Shown here: positions 42,156-52,724 of the stretch, in pieces
Layout: each line of letters begins with the position of its first letter
Position numbering within the stretch: position 1 is the first letter of the stretch
DNA from: Candidatus Marinacidobacterales bacterium
GTDB lineage: Bacteria > Acidobacteriota > Vicinamibacteria > Marinacidobacterales > DATDRI01
Length of the DNA: 64,000 nucleotides
Assembly (NCBI GenBank): GCA_965219415.1
Contig: OZ244742.1
Coordinates: forward strand, 544,001 to 608,000
Reading direction: 5' to 3'
The notes under the pieces: generated by a model
The model's database searches: none
Seen by the model: the letters and a program-made list of their open reading frames with translations, nothing else
Told to the model about the DNA's origin: nothing
Program-made: the position numbers and the translations under genes

Positions 42156-44581
42156 ATGAATGGCCTGATCACAGATATTCGCCTCGCCTTTCGAGCCATC
42201 CGCAGGCACCCAATTGTCACATTACTGGCGGCGGTCTCGCTCGCGCTCGCCATTGGGGGCAATGCGATGACCTTCAGCCTGGTGAACGTCCTCCTGATTC
42301 GTCCGTTGCCGTATCCGGATCCCGATCGTCTGGTCGTGCTATGGCAGAGTGAGAAAGAGAATACGGGGTTCGACTTAATCCCCACCTCCCCCGCCAACTT
42401 CGTTGACTGGCAAGAGCGAAGCACGAGCTTCGAAGAGATGGGTGCGATTAGGGAGTCACCGTTTAGCCTGATCGGAGGTGATCAACCGGAGCCAGTGTTC
42501 GGCGCCGCCACTTCGGTCAACGTGTTTCGCATCCTGGGTGCCCAGGCCGCGATCGGGCGAACGTTCTTGCCGGAAGAAGAGGAAGAGGGCTTGCACCGCG
42601 TCGTGGTGTTGGGTCACGATCTCTGGAGAAACCGCTTTGCCGCCGATCCGGCTTTGGTGGGCCGGACCATCGACCTCCGGGGCGAACCGTACCGCGTCGT
42701 CGGGGTCATGCCCGAAGACTTCGAGCTCCTCGATCCCAGCGATCAGCTCTGGGTGCCACTCACCCTGCCCACCGATGGGCTTCCGCGCGACGAGAGAAGT
42801 CTCTTCGTCCTGGGGCGACTGAAGCCAAGTGTGCCGCTGGCCGAAGCCCAGAAAGAAATGGCGACACTCGCCGCCAACCTCGAGTCCGAGTATCCGGACG
42901 CCAACCGTGGTTACTCGGCGAAGGTGCTGACGTTGCAGCAACAGATGACGTACGGCGGTGGCCGAGAGATCCTCGTCTTATTGCAAGGGGCTCTCGTGTT
43001 CGTCCTCCTCATTGCGGCCGCTAATCTTGCGAATCTTCTATTGGCCCGCGGGCAAGACCGGCAACGCGAAATCGCCCTGCGCGCCGCGTTGGGAGCATCG
43101 AGGCACCGCATCATCCGGCAGCTACTCGTGGAGAGCGTGGTCTTGGCGCTTGGCGGTGGGCTCATCGGGCTGCTACTAGGAGCATGGGGAATAGACTTCT
43201 TGGTCAACGCATTCGGTGGACTGTGGCCCAAGATGATCATCCCTCAGTTGGACGGGAGTGTCGTGGGTTTCACGATGGCCATCTCGGTGTTGGCTGGCAT
43301 TGCCTTCAGACTCGCTCCGGCGCTCCGCGCATCGCGTCCGAGCCTGGTCGGTGATCTGCGAGAGGGCGGCCGTGGAACCGGGATCGGTTCTCGACGTCGC
43401 GTCATGAGCAGAGCGTTGGTCGTTGCAGAGGTTGCGCTGGCCCTCGTCATGCTGAGCGGGGCCGGTGTCTTCATCACCAGCATTCGAGAATGGCAGCAAG
43501 CGGACGCCGGTATCGATGTCGATCAACTACTGACCTTCCAACTCGGCCTGCCGCAATCTGGATATGGGGACGATAGCGCGGTAGCCGTGCTTTCGCGGAG
43601 AGTCGTCGAGGAGTTGGAAGCACTGCCCGGCGTCACCTCGGCAACCTTAGCCAATCATCTCCCGCGGAGCCCGTTTCCGCCTCGGGTCTCCTTCTCGGTC
43701 GACGGCCGGCCGCTTCCAGAGGAAGAGCGGTTACCGAACGCCGCGGCGCTCACGGTGTCTCCCGGCTACCTAAGAACCCTTAAAGTACTTCTCCTTCAAG
43801 GCCGCTCGTTTTTGAGGAGCGATGGGCACGCCGCCGCGCCCGTCGTGTTGATCAACGAAGCCATGCGGCGCGCACACTTCCCCGACGAGAGCCCGCTGGG
43901 GCAGAGAATCACGTTCAAGACGAGTCACGTGAAATCGTTGGGGTCGTGAGCAATGTAAAAGAGGACATGTTTCGCGACTCGCAAGCGGGCCCCGAGCCGA
44001 TCCTTTACCTACCCCAGGCACAAGTGCCGTCGCGACAAGTTAAGGTCGTGGTTCGGACGACTCCCGAGACGATGAGCCCGCTGAGTTTGAGCGGCCCAGT
44101 GCGAAGCGCGCTTGGGGAGCTCGACCGCAGCCTCTCGGTCGCGCAAATTCGGACGATGAAAGATTTCATCGCTCAGTTCTTCGTTAGCATGAGGGTTTTC
44201 AGCACGATCTTCACGGGATTCGGGTTTCTTGCCGTCGTGCTCGCCGCAGTCGGCATTTACGGAGTCATTGCTTTCTCCGTCTCCAAGCGCACCCACGAGA
44301 TCGGTGTCCGCATGGCGCTCGGGGCCCGGAAGGCGGACGTCACCCGCCTCGTGATCAAGGAGGGTCTGCTCCTCGCCGCCCTCGGTTTCGGAATTGGTTT
44401 GCCGGGAGTTCTGATCGTGCTCCGCGTTGTGTCCAGCGCAGTGGCGGCCCTCACACCCACGGCGCCGGGCGCGAGCCTGGCAGTGGGTCTTGCGCTTTTG
44501 GTGGTGGCGCTGGCGGCGAGTTATGTGCCGGCGCGGCGAGCGGCAGGCATGGATCCCGTCGTCGCTCTGCGCCATGAGTAG
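42156..44581 (+). CDS. ADOP-type duplicated MacB/FtsX ABC permease; frameshift ~43917
   Basis: LALAIGGN, RPLPYPDPDRLV, REIALRAALGA, LLVESVVLA, RTHEIGVRMALGA, PARRAAGMDPVVALRHE. Confidence 0.9.
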
Positions 44582-44587
44582 CAGCCG

Positions 44588-47485
44588 TCAGGCGCGGTGT
44601 TTCTGAACTGTGGGGTCCCCCACCGGCTCTTCTGTCTGGCTGACAGGCACACGCACTTCTAGACGCGTGCCGAGCCGGGGCTGTGAAGTGATACGAAAAC
44701 TTCCACCGAGCAGCCGCACTCGTTCCTCCATACTTACGAGTCCTAGCCCTCCCTGCGTCCGGTCGCTATCGAAGCCCGAACCGCTGTCGGCAACGTAGAG
44801 CTCCAAGCTCCCGTCGGCGCCGGTCAGTGTCACACGGACCTCCGGGGCTCCCGAGTGTCTGACCGCGTTGCGAAGGGCCTCCTGGGCCACGCGATACAGG
44901 CAGAGAGCGACCTCCCGGGGAATGTTCTCGGGTACCTTGACTAGAGTCAGTTTGGCGCGGATCTCCTCCTGCTTTTCGATCTCCAAGCAGTGAGTTCTCA
45001 ACGCCGATACGAGCCCCACGTGCTCCAGGGACGCAGGGTGAAGCTCGCGAGACATATGTCTGACATCCTCGATGACTTGGGCCGCCCTCGTCTGAAGCTT
45101 ACGAAGGCGCTCCCGCATGTCGGCATTCTCCTCGGGTAGCCGCGACCGAAGGAATCCTATTTCGAAGGATAGGGCGGCCAGGTTCTGATTGAGACCATCG
45201 TGGAGCTCCCGCGACAGCCGTCGCCGTTCCTCCTCTTGCGCGGCAATGAGTTGTCCTGCCAGATCCTTGATCTTGGCGTGGCTCTGACGGAGCGCTGCCT
45301 CTCGATCCTGAAGTGTCGCCAGTGCTTTGGTGTGCTCGATGGCGACTCTGGCTAGCGAGGCAGCCTTCTGAGTGACATCCGTCTCCCGACTGTTCGGCTC
45401 GTAGGATCGAGTGTGGAAAACACATAGCGTGCCTAGCACCTGGTCGGATTCGGAGAGAATCGGCACCGACCAACTCGACTTGAGACCAAAACTGCGCGCC
45501 ACCTCTCGATATTTTTCCCACAGCGGATCCTTCATCATGTTCGCCACAATGACCGTCTCACGCCGATACGCTGCAGTACCGCACGAGCCCTCTGCGGAAC
45601 CGATCGGCAAACCATCGACGCTCTCGTGGAACTCTTTGGGGAGATTCGGTGCGGCGCAAAAACGGAGTCGCTTCTCAGCCTCGTCCGCAAGCAACACCGA
45701 GCAGCGCGACGAAGCCCCGAGTTGGCTCTCGACCGTGCAGGCCAACTCGTCGAAGACCTCGACGATGTCGCGGCCTTCGGCAAGCAACTCGAGCACGCGG
45801 CTCATCCCCGTTTGCAGCATCTCCGCGCGCTTTCGGGAAGTGATGTCTTGAACAACATTGCTGACGGCATAGACCGTCCCATTCTCGAGCTTTAGGGGGT
45901 AGAAGCTGGCTAGCCAGTGCCTCTCGGTATCCGGGTCGGCCGGTGTGATGCCGCTTACCTCAGCGTCCATGATGGGTTCCCCTGTCTCGAACACCTTTCG
46001 GTAAACGGGCTCTGATTTCGCCGCTATCTCCGGTATCAGATCCCTCATTCGTCGGCCAATATGCTCGGAGACCGGCTTCCCATGGAAGCGGGCCAGTTGC
46101 TCGTTGATGCGGACCCAACGAATCTCGCGATCCACAAGGCAGAAGCCGACCGGAGCGGTCTGATAAAGATGCTCCAGTTCGGCGAGCTGCTTGCGGGCTC
46201 GCCGCTCGCTTTGCTCCAACGCCTCTTCGGCGTGACGGTCCGTCGTAATGTCGATGCTGGTTCCCGTCATGCGAACCGGCCGGCCGTCTTTGTCGCGGCG
46301 TGCGTTCCCGCGCACGAAAAACCAGCGTATGCTGCCGTCCTTGTGAACGGCGCGGTGGGAAACCTCGTAGTGAGCCGTCTCTCCGTCTCGATGGCTCATC
46401 ACTTCCGCTTGGACGCGTTCGAGGTCGTCCGGGTGCACGAGTTTGTCCCAGTCGCTAATGTGGTTTCGAATCTCGTGGTCCTGATATCCAAGAATGCCTT
46501 TTAAGAGTGGATCGACATAAATATCATTGGTCTCGAGATCCCAATCCCAGACGCCGACCGCCCCAGCGTTGGTCGCCAAGTTGTAACGACGCTGGCTTTT
46601 CCGAAGCGCCCGCCCAACCTGCCCTCTTTCGGTGGTGACCGCCCCCAGCACCAGTCCGGTCAGGACGATGGCGGCAACGAACGCTTGTAGGAGAACCAGA
46701 CCTTCCATCGTCGACGCGCGAGCAAAAGGTCCGTGCCCACCCGCCGTCCCGGCGACGGCGTGCACGGAAGTCAGAAATGCTGACGTTACGGCACCATGTC
46801 GGCCGAACCGAAGGGCCGCCCACATGACGACCGGGAACGGCAGGTAGGCGATCGGAAGGTCAATGGAAGGAATGGTAAGGTACCCTCCGAACGCCGCCTC
46901 GCAAGCGAGAAATAGGCAGACCATCAAGACTGACAATTCTGCGATCGTGCGACCGGTGATGCGAAGCTGAGGGCGGGTCGCCCAGACCAGCATGAGCGGC
47001 GCGGCAAGCAAAACACCCATGCCATCCCCTAGCCACCACAACCACCACAGCGACAAGAAGTCGGCCCACGAGGCCAGGTTCAAGACGGCCAGGCCGGCCA
47101 CGCAAATCGCAGAGCCTAGCATCGTCGCAAGAATGGCACCGATCATCACTAGGCCAAGGACATCCTTGACGCGATCGAGACTGTTTGAAAAATCTACGAA
47201 GCGGCGAAGGAGATAGGCACCTAAAAGCGCCTCCGCGGTCTTTCCCACTGTAACGATGGCCGCCACTCCGAGCGGTAGCCGGACCGCGTGGTCCACCACC
47301 ACCGCCAGAGCGACGATGGGCCAGAATCGGTATCCAAACAAGAGGATCGCGGCCAACGCGATACCCGTCGGGGGCCAGAGGGGAGAGACCTGCCCCGGCC
47401 CAAGGGTGACCAGCAGTCCGAGCCGCGCCCCGAGAAAATAGATAATCAGGAAGATCGCGACCTTCTTGAGAAAAGCTTGATTCAC
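44588..47485 (-). CDS. Sensor histidine kinase MASE1-PAS-PAS-GAF-HisKA_3
   Basis: LWPPTGIA and WWLGD (MASE1); VHPDD (PAS); GSCGTAA (GAF); EERRRLSRELHD, QEALRNAVRH, DSGSGF, GLGL. Confidence 0.93.
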   Translation of the reverse strand: MNQAFLKKVAIFLIIYFLGARLGLLVTLGPGQVSPLWPPTGIALAAILLFGYRFWPIVALAVVVDHAVRLPLGVAAIVTVGKTAEALLGAYLLRRFVDFSNSLDRVKDVLGLVMIGAILATMLGSAICVAGLAVLNLASWADFLSLWWLWWLGDGMGVLLAAPLMLVWATRPQLRITGRTIAELSVLMVCLFLACEAAFGGYLTIPSIDLPIAYLPFPVVMWAALRFGRHGAVTSAFLTSVHAVAGTAGGHGPFARASTMEGLVLLQAFVAAIVLTGLVLGAVTTERGQVGRALRKSQRRYNLATNAGAVGVWDWDLETNDIYVDPLLKGILGYQDHEIRNHISDWDKLVHPDDLERVQAEVMSHRDGETAHYEVSHRAVHKDGSIRWFFVRGNARRDKDGRPVRMTGTSIDITTDRHAEEALEQSERRARKQLAELEHLYQTAPVGFCLVDREIRWVRINEQLARFHGKPVSEHIGRRMRDLIPEIAAKSEPVYRKVFETGEPIMDAEVSGITPADPDTERHWLASFYPLKLENGTVYAVSNVVQDITSRKRAEMLQTGMSRVLELLAEGRDIVEVFDELACTVESQLGASSRCSVLLADEAEKRLRFCAAPNLPKEFHESVDGLPIGSAEGSCGTAAYRRETVIVANMMKDPLWEKYREVARSFGLKSSWSVPILSESDQVLGTLCVFHTRSYEPNSRETDVTQKAASLARVAIEHTKALATLQDREAALRQSHAKIKDLAGQLIAAQEEERRRLSRELHDGLNQNLAALSFEIGFLRSRLPEENADMRERLRKLQTRAAQVIEDVRHMSRELHPASLEHVGLVSALRTHCLEIEKQEEIRAKLTLVKVPENIPREVALCLYRVAQEALRNAVRHSGAPEVRVTLTGADGSLELYVADSGSGFDSDRTQGGLGLVSMEERVRLLGGSFRITSQPRLGTRLEVRVPVSQTEEPVGDPTVQKHRA

Positions 47486-47599
47486 ATCTGAAGCTTATCC
47501 CACTATCGGTGGGATATGGTAAGACAATGGCCAAACTTGCCGCGCCGTTTAGCAAACCATAGAATTTGCAGTGCGGCGAAAAACTTGGGAGGCGGATTC

Positions 47600-49023
47600 A
47601 TGACGACGTTTACACGCCCATTGCTTGCAGCGAGTGTGTTAATCGGCACGGTCGGATTGCTGGCGGCTCTTGGCGAGGAGAAGCTAGCCGAACGATACCG
47701 AGGTGCCGCGGGACGAATCGTCGGCAGCGCGCTCCAAGACATGGAAGGTTGGGAGAAGCTCACCTACCTTACGACCGAGATCGGCCCGCAGTCTCAGCGG
47801 ATCCTCGGGCCTCGAAAGAGCCATCGAGTGGGCGCATACGACGATGAAGGAAGAAGGGCTCGAGAACGCGAGGCTCCAGCCGGTCAAAGTTCCGCACTGG
47901 GTGCGCGGCAAGGAGTCCGCTGAAGTGGTCTCCCCATTCGAGAAACCACTCGGGATCTTGGGACTGGGAGGAAGCGTCGGCACATCTGTGGAAGGGATCA
48001 CCGCCGCGGTCGTCGTCGTCAGTAGCTTCGACGAGCTTGAAGCGCTAGGTCGCGAACGCATCGAAGGAAAGACAGTTCTCTACGCGGCGCCATGGGTGAG
48101 TTACTCGCGGAATCGAGAGTACCGGAGCGGAGGTGCGTCCAGGGCGGCGAAGTTCGGCGCGGTGGCGGCTCTCATTCGTTCGGCAACCGATAAGAGTCTC
48201 TACACGCCTCATACCGGCGGCATGCGATACGAAGAGGGCGTGCCCCGCATTCCCGCCGCCGCGATCACGCCTCGAAGACATGGCGTGGATGCAGCGCATC
48301 ACGGAAGCCGGGCACGAGGTCGTGGTCAAGCTCTATATGGAGGCAAAGAACTTGCCAGAAGCCGACTCCGCCAACGTCATCGCGGAGCTGGTGGGAAGCG
48401 AGAAGCCGGAGGAAGTTGTGGTGATGGGCGGGCACTACGACTCTTGGGACGTGGGGCAGAGTGCTCAAGATGACGGAGCAGCGTGCATCGCCGCGTGGCA
48501 GGCACTCAAGATTTTGAAAGATCTCGGGCTGCGACCACGACGGACGCTCCGCGTCGTACTTTGGACGAACGAAGAGAACGGCCTGGCTGGCGGGCGAGCG
48601 TATCGGGAGATGGTCGGGGATGACATCGATCGCCACGTCGCGGCGATCGAGATGGATGGTGGGGCCGAAAGTCCGATTGGATTCGGCTTTGGGCTCGAGG
48701 GTGTCGCCAGCGACGACACGAGCAACCCCACCTACGAGTTAGGCCTTCGAGAAACTGCAACAGATCGGTCGCCTCCTGAATGGCATCAAGGCCGGCAAGA
48801 TCCTGCGTGGAGGCGGAGGCGCCGACATCGGCCCCCTGATGCGCGACGGCGTCCCCGGGCTAGCCCAACGAACCGTCCAAGAGCGCTACCGTTATTGGGG
48901 CGCCACACACACGCCGACACCCTCGACAAGGTCGACCCGCAGGACTTCCGCAAGGCCGTCGCCATACTAGGCGTCATGGGGTATGTCCTGGCCGACATGC
49001 CCACCCGCCTTGTAGCAAGATAA
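47600..49023 (+). CDS. M28 peptidase (carboxypeptidase Q-like); several frameshifts
   Basis: Signal peptide, PHWVRG, PHTG, GGHYDSWDVG, AQDDG, TNEENG, EMDGG, HTHADT. Confidence 0.87.
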
Positions 49024-49036
49024 CCGGGGGTCGATA

Positions 49037-49066
49037 ACCGGGGGTCGGATCCAGTTTTTGTGACAC
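49037..49066 (+). repeat. REP-like repeat left of RAYT, preceded by a 14-bp tandem duplication
   Basis: ACCGGGGGTCGGATCCAGTTTTTGTGACAC; GATAACCGGGGGTC occurs twice at 49019-49046. Confidence 0.8.
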
Positions 49067-49131
49067 GGTTCCCCCGAAACAGCGATCTGGGAGGGAGGTC
49101 TGGAGCACTCGATTTCGTCTATCTCTCCAGG

Positions 49132-49976
49132 ATGGCTAGACCACTCAGAATAGAGTTTCCTGGCGCGTTGTACCACGTCACCGCGCGCGGTAACGCTCGC
49201 CAAGACATTTACCTAGTCGAGCAAGATCGGCGGGACTTCCTGCGCATGCTGGGCGAGGAGGTCGACCGCAACAAATGGGCTTGTCACGGCTACTGCTTGA
49301 TGACCAACCATTACCACGGAATCCTGCAGACGCCCGAACCGAACTTGGGCAGGGCATGCACCGCTTGAACAGTATGTACGCGCAGCACTTCAATCGAACG
49401 CACGGCCGCGTCGGCCACGTCTTTCAGGACCGCTATAAGGCAATCCTAGTAGAGAAAGACGCGTACTTGCTGGAGCTCGCTCGCTATGTGGTTCTAAACC
49501 CGGTTCGCGCCGGAATCACCGAAGACCCCGCGGACTGGCCGTGGAGCAGCTATGGGGCTACATGCGGTGACGTTCCATCGCCTCCTTGGCTAGAAACAGG
49601 CTGGCTACTACGCCAGTTTGGGAACGGCCAAAGTGACGCGACTCAAGCCTATAAGCGGTTCGTCGAAGCAGGCAGGAAGCGAGAGAGCGTTCGGACTGGT
49701 CTTCGCAACGATCTCTATCTGGGCTCGGAGCAATTCGCAGAGCGAATGCAAGGGCTGGTTAGACCAGAGGATCAGCGCGGAGTTGCACGATGGCAGCTCC
49801 GACCGGTTACAAAACCACTTTCCTAGTTTGAGGAGAGCTTCCAGAACCGCTACGAGGCGATGGCCCGCGCCTATTTCAGTGGCGGCTACACTCAAGAGTC
49901 CATCGCGTCACATTTCGGAGTCCACTACCGCACTGTCGGTCGAGCGGTGAGGCACTTTGAACGCTCACCGGATTAG
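49132..49976 (+). CDS. REP-associated tyrosine transposase (Y1 HUH) with C-terminal HTH; frameshifts ~49353 and ~49820
   Basis: MARPLR, YHVTARGN, CLMTNHYH, GHVFQDRY, YVVLNPVRAG, WPWSSY; tail GYTQESIASHFGVHYRTVGRAV. Confidence 0.9.
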
Positions 49977-49998
49977 TCGAGATTCTACGCCCTCTGAG

Positions 49999-50026
49999 GT
50001 GTCCCATTTTTGGATCCGACCCCGGT
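49999..50026 (-). repeat. REP-like repeat right of RAYT (inverted)
   Basis: GTGTCCCATTTTTGGATCCGACCCCGGT. Confidence 0.8.
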
Positions 50027-50027
50027 A

Positions 50028-50797
50028 TTATTCCTTTACGTTGCAGGGGTAGTCGCGCTGGGCTTGGGCGACGAGCTGGAGGTTGATGTCGTAGTACACA
50101 ACGGGCGTGCTGGTCGAAGTCTGGGCCATCACGTCGCCCACCGGATCACGACCCAACCGGCGCCGCCGAACTTCTGGCCGCGCGAATCGACTCCACCTCG
50201 GTTCGATGAAACCACGTAGCAGCCGGACACGATCGCCGCCATTTGCATAGCGGTTCTCCACCGGCGCGTGGTGCCACGCGGAGTCGCACGGGGGACAGCG
50301 ATGAGGTGAGCACCGCTGCGACCGTAGTGGCGTGCATGCTCATTGAACATCACCTCGGTGCAGATGAGGAAGCCGACTCTCAGCGCCCCCGCCTCCACCA
50401 CACGGAAGTGCCGCTCTCCTGGCTCGAACCAACGCGCTTCATAGTAGCCGGCCTCATTGGGAAAGAACTGCTTCGTGTGAACTCCTTGCAACCCCTCGTC
50501 CTTCGTCCACACGAACGCCTCGTTAACGCGGTGACCATCGAGCTCTGTGGCACGACTCCCGAGCACGACCTTGGCGCCGAGCTCGCCGAGTAGAGAGACT
50601 CCCTTGGCGTGCCCGTCACAAGCGGCGTTCCAGGTTTCCGGAACGACCTCCTCCCCCGCCGAGATCCATGACCTGAACGGCATCTCGTTGAGCAGGAAAA
50701 CGTCGGGGCCCTCCTCCCTCACATGGCTTGCAAAACGCGACCACGCTTCCGAGCCCGGAGTCATCTCGGGATGCAGCTCACAAATCCCGACTTTCAT
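50028..50797 (-). CDS. Carbon-nitrogen hydrolase (nitrilase superfamily); frameshift ~50140
   Basis: E-K-C triad: LLNEM, HTKQFFP, LICTE; SSNRGG. Confidence 0.88.
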
Positions 50798-51444
50798 TGA
50801 CTATCCTCTCTCGTCGCCCGATAGAACTCCGGTGAGACCATTTGTATCTTCATGTGACACTCCAAAACATGTGGCCCCCAGTGGATTTGGATCCATCCCC
50901 TCGACGGTTCCTCCTTGACCAGTCCCGGGTCAATACGAAGCTCGGCCGCCCGGTCCGGCGCTCGCGAGTGTTGGAGCGGGACCGTGAACATGACGGGCAC
51001 CTCGGTCGGTCGGGGAACGAAGGCCCAGGAGTCGATGAGCTTGCGGTGCACCGCTTTCGGCTCCACGAAGACTAGCGCCCACTTTCCTTCTGTGCCTCTC
51101 TCCACCGCAAGGTAGTAGATTCCTGGATCCACTCGCCGCTCCCCAAGCTCGAGCGTCAAGTTCGTGTCCAACGTCGTCCACTTATTGTTGCCGAGCCGGT
51201 AGAACTTCCCCTTCGTCGCCCGATCGAAGACCTCCGGATCGTCGAGCTCCGGCCGCCAAGCCGGGAGGCCGTGTTCTATTGAAATCCTTCCGCCACCAAT
51301 CTCCACGCCGTCTTCGCGATACGTCCAGTAACTGATGCTGGAATACCCCCGACGCATCGATTCGATAGACGGCGTCCAAGTGCCTTGTCGAACTTGCGCG
51401 ACCGCGGCACTCGCGAAAAATGTCAAAAGAATGATGAAACGCAC
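50794..51444 (-). CDS. Secreted DUF2911-like protein
   Basis: Signal peptide; ISIEHGLP, YRLGNNKWTTLDT, PGIYYL, IHWG. Confidence 0.65.
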   Translation of the reverse strand: MRFIILLTFFASAAVAQVRQGTWTPSIESMRRGYSSISYWTYREDGVEIGGGRISIEHGLPAWRPELDDPEVFDRATKGKFYRLGNNKWTTLDTNLTLELGERRVDPGIYYLAVERGTEGKWALVFVEPKAVHRKLIDSWAFVPRPTEVPVMFTVPLQHSRAPDRAAELRIDPGLVKEEPSRGWIQIHWGPHVLECHMKIQMVSPEFYRATREDSQ

Positions 51445-51453
51445 AGTTCCCTC

Positions 51454-52698
51454 CTAACCACGGGGCTCGGGGCGGAGACGTCCCGCCAGGATCGCAGCGA
51501 AAGCCACGACCGCACCCGCAGCATAAAACGGAGCATCGGGGCTTACGTGCTGAAAGAGCGCACCCGCCCAAAGCGGCCCGGCGATTCGCGACACACTCCC
51601 GAAGGCTTGCTGCACTCCCATGAGTTGGCCCAACTGATCCTTACCGCCCCTTCTCGAGAGCAGACCGGTCGTAGAAGGGAAAAGAAGTGCGGTACCGATC
51701 GGCACGAGAGCCATGACTAGCAACAACACCGAGAAGCGCTCCGGCTGCGGGTAAGCGACAAGGCCGATCGCCAGCAAGATCGCCCCGAGACGCATGACCC
51801 GAATCTCCCCGAAAGCACGAACGACACGACCGAGCACACCGGCACGCATGACAACCGATATGCTCCCAAGAAAGAGAAAGATGTAACCGATGTTGCCTTC
51901 CGTCATTTGGAAGCGCTCCATGAGGAAGAGTCCCAGAACGGCGGTAAGAGCACTGAACGCCATCATCGCCACCGCGTAGATCCAAATGAGCTCGGACGTC
52001 TCTTTCCTTGGGTACCGAAGCGTTTCCCACAGCATCGTCGATACCGATTTCCCCGCTCTTTGCTGCGCTGCGTCGGGGTCCACCGTCTCGGCCAGGGTAC
52101 CGACCTCGACCTCCTCGGTGGAGGGCACCCAGTTTCGCGGCCGCGACTCCGGGAGCCAACGCCAGGCGAAAATGAGATTGATGACACAAAGTGCAGCAGC
52201 GATGATACCCGGCGCCTCCGGCCCCAACCGCGAGTTGCTCAACGACCCGATTGCCGGCCCGACCATGACGCCGGCGCTAGTCGCGGCGGAAAGCCATCCG
52301 AGCGCCTTGGCCCGATCCTCGGGCGGTACCGAGTCGCCAATATAGGCCTGCATGATCCCGGTCGTCCCGCCGCTCGCCCCCTGAGCAAAGCGGGAGACGA
52401 ATAGAAGCCAGAGCGAGTCGGCGAATCCGAAAATAAGGAAAGCCACCGAGGACCCCGCCAGGCCAATGAGGAGTCCGGGCCGCCGGCCCCATTTGTCGGA
52501 GAAGCGACCCCAAAGAGGTGATGCCGCGACCTGAGCGATCGAAAAGGAAGCCACCATCAACCCGATCACTTGCGCGCTGCCACCGAGCCGCACCGCATAA
52601 AACGGAAGCAAAGGGAAAACCATGGCGTAGCCGATCATGTCGACAAAAGCGGCCATGAGAAGGACCCACAGCTTTCGCACTTCGAGTGAACTATTCAT
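51454..52698 (-). CDS. MFS transporter (DHA1/TetA-like)
   Basis: GRFSDKWGRRP motif A, GPAIG motif C, about 12 TM helices. Confidence 0.92.
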   Translation of the reverse strand: MNSSLEVRKLWVLLMAAFVDMIGYAMVFPLLPFYAVRLGGSAQVIGLMVASFSIAQVAASPLWGRFSDKWGRRPGLLIGLAGSSVAFLIFGFADSLWLLFVSRFAQGASGGTTGIMQAYIGDSVPPEDRAKALGWLSAATSAGVMVGPAIGSLSNSRLGPEAPGIIAAALCVINLIFAWRWLPESRPRNWVPSTEEVEVGTLAETVDPDAAQQRAGKSVSTMLWETLRYPRKETSELIWIYAVAMMAFSALTAVLGLFLMERFQMTEGNIGYIFLFLGSISVVMRAGVLGRVVRAFGEIRVMRLGAILLAIGLVAYPQPERFSVLLLVMALVPIGTALLFPSTTGLLSRRGGKDQLGQLMGVQQAFGSVSRIAGPLWAGALFQHVSPDAPFYAAGAVVAFAAILAGRLRPEPRG

Positions 52699-52724
52699 GT
52701 GAGATCGATTCGAGTCCGCCTACT

